Assembly (NCBI GenBank): GCA_964016885.1
Contig: OZ024749.1
Coordinates: forward strand, 8,370,001-8,434,000
Reading direction: 5' to 3'
From: Eledone cirrhosa
Lineage: Eukaryota
DNA: 64,000 bases
Shown here: one piece after another, positions 57,901 to 64,000 of the stretch
How positions within the stretch are numbered: position 1 is the first letter of the stretch
How the letters are laid out: every line of letters begins with the position of its first letter
Translations under genes and position numbers: made by a program
Notes under the pieces: model-generated
Told to the model about the DNA's origin: nothing
What the model saw: the letters and a program-made list of their open reading frames with translations, nothing else
The model's database searches: none

Positions 57901-60900
57901 AATGGTCTTGTTGGTATAGGTTGTGTTGGTGTTAATGGTCTTGTTGGTATAGGTGGTGTTGGTGTTAATGGTCTTGCTGGTATAGGTGGTGTTGGTGTTG
58001 GTGTTAATGGTCTTGTTGGTATAGGTTGTGTTGGTGTTAATGGTCTTGTTGGTATAGGTGGTGTTGGTGTTAATGGTCTTGCTGGTATAGGTGGTGTTGG
58101 TGTTAATGGTCTTGCTGGTATAGGTGGTGTTGGTGTTAATGGTCTTGTTGGTATAGGTGGTGTTGGTGTTAATGGTCTTGTTGGTATAGGTGGTGTTGGT
58201 GTTAATGGTCTTGCTGGTATAGGTGGTGTTGGTGTTGGTGTTAATGGTCTTGTTGGTATAGGTGGTGTTGGTGTTAATGGTCTTGCTGGTATAGGTGGTG
58301 TTGGTGTTAATGGTCTTGTTGGTATAGGTTGTGTTGGTGTTAATGGTCTTGTTGGTATAGGTGGTGTTGGTGTTAATGGTCTTGTTGGCATAGGTGGTGT
58401 TGGTGTTAATGGTCTTGTTGGTATAGGTTGTGTTGGTGTTAATGGTCTTGTTGGTATAGGTGGTGTTGGTGTTGGTGTTAATGGTCTTGCTGGTATAGGA
58501 GGTGGTGGTGTTGGTGTTAATGGTCTTGTTGGTATAGGTGGTGTTGGTGTTGGTGTTAATGGTCTTCTTGGTATAGGTGGTGTTGGTGTTGGTGTTAATG
58601 GTCTTGTTGGTATAGGTGGTGTTGGTGTTTGTGTTAATGGTCTTGTTGGTATAGGTGGTGTTGGTGTTGGTGTTAATGGTCTTGCTGGTATAGGTGGTGT
58701 TGGTGTTTATGGTCTTGCTGGTATAGGTGGTGGTGGTGGTGGTGTTAATGGTCTTGCTGGTATAGGTGGAGGTGGTGTTGGTGTTAATGGTCTTGCTGGT
58801 ATAGGTGGTGTTGGTGTTAGTGGTCTTGCTGGTATAGGTGGTGGTGGTGGTGGTGTTAATGGTCTTGCTGGTATAGGTGGTGGTGGTGTTAGTGGTCTTG
58901 CTGGTATAGGTGGTGGTGGTGTTAATGGTCTTGCTGGTATAGGTGGTGGTGGTGTTAATGGCCTTGCTGGTGTAGGTGGTGGTGGTGTTAATGGTCTTGC
59001 TGGTATAGGTGGTGGTGGTGTTAGTGGTCTTGTTGGTATAGGTGGTGTTGGTGTTAATGATCTTGCTGGTATAGGTGGTGGTGGTGTTAGTGGTCTTGCT
59101 GGTATAGGTGGTGGTGGTGGTGTTAATGGCCTTGCTGGTATAGGTGGTGTTGGTGTTAATGGTCTTGCTGGTATAGGTGGTGGTGGTGTTAGTGGTCTTG
59201 CTGGTATAGGTGGTGTTGGTGTTAATGGTCTTGTTGGTATAGGTGGTGTTGGTGTTGGTGTTAATGGTCTTGCTGGTATAGGTGGTATTGGTGTTGGTGT
59301 TAATGGTCTTGTTGGTATAGGTGGTGGTGGTGTTGGTTTTAATGGTCTTGCTGGTATAGGTGGTGTTGTTGTTGGTGGTAATGGTCTTGCTGGTATAGGT
59401 GGTGTTGGTGTTAATGGTCTTGCTGTTATAGGTGGTGATGGTGTTGGTGTTAATGGTTTTGTTGGTATAGGTGGTGGTGGTGTTAATGGTCTTGTTGGTA
59501 TAGGTGGTGTGGGTGTTAATGGTCTTGCTGGTATAGGTGGTGTTGGTGTTAATGGTCTTGCTGGTATAGGTGGTGTTGGTGTTAATGGTCTTGCTGGTAT
59601 AGGTGGTGGTGGTGTTGGTGTTAATGGTCTTGTTGGTATAGGTGGTGTTGGTGTTAATGGTCTTGTTGGTATAGGTGGTGTTGGTGTTAATGGTCTTGCT
59701 GGTATAGGTGGTGGTGGTGTTGGTGTTAATGGTCTTGTTGGTATAGGTGGTGTTGGTGTTAATGGTCTTGCTGGTATAGGTGGTGGTGGTGTTGGTGTTA
59801 ATGGTCTTGTTGGTATAGGTGGTGGTGGTGTTAATGGTCTTGTTGGTATAGGTGGTGGTGGTGTTGGTGTTAATGGTCTTGTTGGTATAGGTGGTGTTGG
59901 TGTTGGTGTTAATGGTCTTGTTGGTATAGGTGGTGGTGGTGTTGGTGTTAATGGTCTTGTTGGTATAGGTGGTGTTGGTGTTGGTGTAAATGGTCTTGTT
60001 GGTATAGGTGGTGTTGGTGTTGGTGTTAATGGTCTTGTTGGTATAGGTGGTGTTGGTGTTGGTGTTAATGGTCTTGTTGGTATAGGTGGTGTTGGTGTTG
60101 GTGTTAATGGTCTTGCTGGTATAGGTGGTGTTGGTGTTGGTGTTAATGGTCTTGTTGGTATAGGTGGTGGTGGTGTTGGTGTTAATGCTCTTGTTGGTAT
60201 AGGTGGTGTTGGTGTTAATGGTCTTGTTGGTATAGGTGGTGTTGGTGTTAATGGTCTTGTTGGTATAGGTGGTGTTGGTGTTGGTGTTAATGGTCTTGTT
60301 GGTATAGGTGGTGGTGGTGTTGGTGTTAATGGTCTTGTTGGTATAGGTGGTTTTGGTGTTGGTGTTAATGGTCTTGCTGGTATAGGTGGTGGTGGTGTTG
60401 GTGTTAATGGTCTTGTTGGTATAGGTGGTGTTGGTGTTGGTGTTAATGGTCTTGTTGGTATAGGTGGTGTTGGTGTTGGTGTTAATGGTCTTGTTGGTAT
60501 AGGTGGTGTTGGTGTTGGTGTTAATGGTCTTGCTGGTATAGGTGGTGTTGGTGTTGGTGTTAATGGTCTTGTTGGTATAGGTGGTGGTGGTGTTGGTGTT
60601 AATGCTCTTGTTGGTATAGGTGGTGTTGGTGTTGGTGTTAATGGTCTTGCTGGTATAGGTGGTGTTGGTGTTGGTGTTAATGGTCTTGTTGGTATAGGTG
60701 GTGTTGGTGTTGGTGTTAATGGTCTTGTTGGTATAGGTGGTGTTGGTGTTGGTGTTAATGGTCTTGCTGGTATAGGTGGTGTTGGTGTTGGTGTTAATGG
60801 TCTTGTTGGTATAGGTGGTGGTGGTGTTGGTGTTAATGCTCTTGTTGGTATAGGTGGTGTTGGTGTTAATGGTCTTGTTGGTATAGGTGGTGTTGGTGTT

Positions 60901-63900
60901 AATGGTCTTGTTGGTATAGGTGGTGTTGGTGTTGGTGTTAATGGTCTTGTTGGTATAGGTGGTGTTGGTGTTGGTGTTAATGGTCTTGTTGGTATAGGTG
61001 GTGTTGGTGTTGGTGTTAATGGTCTTGCTGGTATAGGTGGTGGTGGTGTTGGTGTTAATGGTCTTGTTGTTATAGGTGGTGTTGGTGTTGGTGTTAATGG
61101 TCTTGTTGGTATAGGTGGTGTTGGTGTTGGTGTTAATGGTCTTGCTGGTATAGGTGGTGTTGGTGTTGGTGTTAATGGTCTTGTTGGTATAGGTGGTGTT
61201 GGTGTTGGTGTTAATGGTCTTGTTGGTATAGGTGGTGTTGGTGTTAATGGTCTTGTTGTTATAGGTGGTGGTGGTGGTGTTGGTGTTAATGGTCTTGCTG
61301 GTATAGGTGGTGTTGGTGTTGGTGTTAATGGTCTTGTTGGTATAGGTGGTGTTGGTGTTGGTGTTAATGGTCTTGTTGGTATAGGTGGTGTTGGTGTTAA
61401 TGGTCTTGTTGGTATAGGTGGTGGTGGTGGTGTTGGTGTTAATGGTCTTGCTGGTATAGGTGGTGTTGGTGTTGGTGTTAATGGTCTTCCTGGTATAGGT
61501 GGTGTTGGTGTTGGTGTTAATGGTCTTGTTGGTATAGGTGGTGGTGGTGTTGGTGTTAATGGTCTTGTTGGTATAGGTGGTGTTGGTGTTAATGGTCTTG
61601 TTGGTATAGGTGGTGGTGGTGGTGTTGGTGTTAATGGTCTTGCTGGTATTGGTGGTGTTGGTGTTGGTGTTAATGGTCTTGCTGGTATAGGTGGTGTTGG
61701 TGTTAATGGTCTTGCTGGTATAGGTGGTGGTGGTGGTGGTGTTAATGGTCTTGCTGGTATAGGTGGTGGTGGTGTTGGTGTTAATGGTCTTGCTGGTATA
61801 GGTGGTGTTGGTGTTAATGGTCTTGCTGGTATAGGTGGTGGTGGTGTTAATGGTCTTGCTGGTATAGGTGGTGGTGGTGTTAATGGTCATGCTGGTATAG
61901 GTGGTGGTGGTGTTAATGGTCTTGCTGGTATAGGTGGTGGTGGTGTAAGTGGTCTTGTTGGTATAGGTGGTGTTGGTGATAATGGTCTTGCTGGTATAGG
62001 TGGTGGTGGTGTTAGTGGTCTTGCTGGTATAGGTGGTGGTGGTGGTGTTAATGGTCTTGCTGGTATAGGTGGTGTTGGTGTTGGTGTTAATGGTCTTGCT
62101 GGTATAGGTGGTGTTGGTGTTAATGGTCTTGCTGGTATAGGTGGTGTTGGTGTTGGTGTTAATGGTCTTGTTGGTATAGGTTGTGTTGGTGTTAATGGTC
62201 TTGTTGGTATAGGTGGTGTTGGTGTTAATGGTCTTGCTGGTATAGGTGGTGTTGGTGTTAATGGTCTTGCTGGTATAGGTGGTGTTGGTGTTAATGGTCT
62301 TGTTGGTATAGGTGGTGTTGGTGTTAATGGTCTTGATGGTATAGGTGGTGTTGGTGTTAATGGTCTTGCTGGTATAGGTGGTGTTGGTGTTAATGGTCTT
62401 GCTGGTATAGGTGGTGGTGGTGTTAGTGGTCTTGTTGGTATAGGTGGTGTTGGTGTTAATGGTCTTGCTGGTATAGGTGGTGGTGGTGTTAATGGTCTTG
62501 CTGGTATAGGTGGTGTTGGTGTTAATGGTCTTGCTGGTATAGGTGGTGTTGGTGTTAATGGTCTTGCTGGTATAGGTGGTGTTGGTGTTAATGGTCTTGC
62601 TGGTATAGGTGGTGGTGGTGTTAGTGTGGTCTTGTTGGTATAGGTGGTGTTGGTGTTAATGGTCTTGCTGTATAGGTGGTGGTGGTGTTAGTGGTCTTGT
62701 TGGTATAGGTGGTGTTGGTGTTAGTGGTCTTGCTGGTATAGGTGGTGGTGGTGTTAGTGGTCTTGTTGGTATAGGTGGTGTTGGTGTTAGTGGTCTTGCT
62801 GGTATAGGTGGTGGTGGTGTTAGTGGTCTTGTTGGTATAGGTGGTGTTGGTGTTAATGGTCTTGCTGGTATAGGTGGTGGTGGTGTTAGTGGTCTTGTTG
62901 GTATAGGTGGTGTTGGTGTTAGTGGTCTTGCTGGTATAGGTGGTGGTGGTGTTAGTGGTCTTGTTGGTATAGGTGGTGTTGGTGTTAATGGTCTTGCTGG
63001 TATAGGTGGTGGTGGTGTTAGTGGTCTTGTTGGTATAGGTGGTGTTGGTGTTAGTGGTCTTGCTGGTATAGGTGGTGGTGGTGTTAGTGGTCTTGTTGGT
63101 ATAGGTGGTGTTGGTGTTAGTGGTCTTGCTGGTATAGGTGGTGGTGGTGTTAGTGGTCTTGTTGGTATAGGTGGTGTTGGTGTTAGTGGTCTTGCTGGTA
63201 TAGGTGGTGGTGGTGTTAGTGGTCTTGTTGGTATAGGTGGTGTTGGTGTTAGTGGTCTTGCTGGTATAGGTGGTGGTGGTGTTAGTGGTCTTGTTGGTAT
63301 AGGTGGTGTTGGTGTTAATGGTCTTGCTGGTATAGGTGGTGGTGGTGTTAGTGGTCTTGTTGGTATAGGTGGTGTTGGTGTTAATGGTCTTGCTGGTATA
63401 GGTGGTGTTGGTGTTAGTGGTCTTGCTGGTATAGGTGGTGTTGGTGTTAGTGGTCTTGTTGGTATAGGTGGTGTTGGTGTTAGTGGTCTTGCTGGTATAG
63501 GTGGTGGTGGTGTTAGTGGTCTTGTTGGTATAGGTGGTGTTGGTGTTAATGGTCTTGCTGGTATAGGTGGTGGTGGTGTTAGTGGTCTTGTTGGTATAGG
63601 TGGTGTTGGTGTTAATGGTCTTGCTGGTATAGGTGGTGTTGGTGTTAGTGGTCTTGCTGGTATAGGTGGTGGTGGTGTTAGTGGTCTTGTTGGTATAGGT
63701 GGTGTTGGTGTTAGTGGTCTTGCTGGTATAGGTGGTGGTGGTGTTAGTGGTCTTGTTGGTATAGGTGGTGTTGGTGTTAATGGTCTTGCTGGTATAGGTG
63801 GTGGTGGTGTTAGTGGTCTTGTTGGTATAGGTGGTGTTGGTGTTAATGGTCTTGCTGGTATAGGTGGTCGTGGTGTTAGTGGTCTTGTTGGTATAGGTGG

Positions 63901-64000
63901 TGTTGGTGTTAGTGGTCTTGTTGGTATAGGTGGTGGTGGTGTTAGTAGTCTTGTTGGTATAGGTGTGATGGTGTTGGTGTTAATGGTCTTGTTGGTATAG
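42971..64000. repeat. 21-kb satellite, 33-bp unit GGTGTTAATGGTCTTG(C/T)TGGTATAGGTGGTGTT with 39-bp (+GGTGTT) variants, roughly 600 units, with higher-order structure
   Basis: Directly visible; continues past the window end. Confidence 0.98.

Noticed and set aside
44710-62643. 5726-, 4504- and 2836-aa ORFs as genes
   Set aside because: Overlapping frames of one satellite, with arbitrary starts, no synonymous bias and amplified frameshifts; not called as CDS

Overview
Repeat-saturated, AT-rich animal genomic DNA with no confidently identifiable host gene. The SINE families and (TA)n density suggest an octopus/cephalopod (inference). Almost all ORFs in the supplied track are microsatellite or satellite translation artefacts. 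Real coding remnants belong to retroelements: a near-intact Penelope-like element (PLE; Naiad-type RT + GIY-YIG, 25590-27991, minus), a 5'-truncated second PLE (6301-7222), two R4/Dong-like restriction-like-endonuclease non-LTR fragments, and short Tx1/L1 and RTE 3' ends. The main signal lies outside the ORF track. About 13 minimal type-I hammerhead-ribozyme (HHR) motifs from several sequence families occur in the first 43 kb. They sit in PLE pseudo-LTRs and in short ORF-less fold-back elements inserted in (TA)n. Some have unusual catalytic cores (CCGANGA, or an 8-nt insertion), and several share a downstream motif (ATAGAGYRCTC). The right part holds a 77-bp satellite (35.2-39.0 kb), a 200-N gap, and a 21-kb 33/39-bp GGT-derived satellite that produces spurious giant ORFs. 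All structures were read by eye; nothing was computed or searched.
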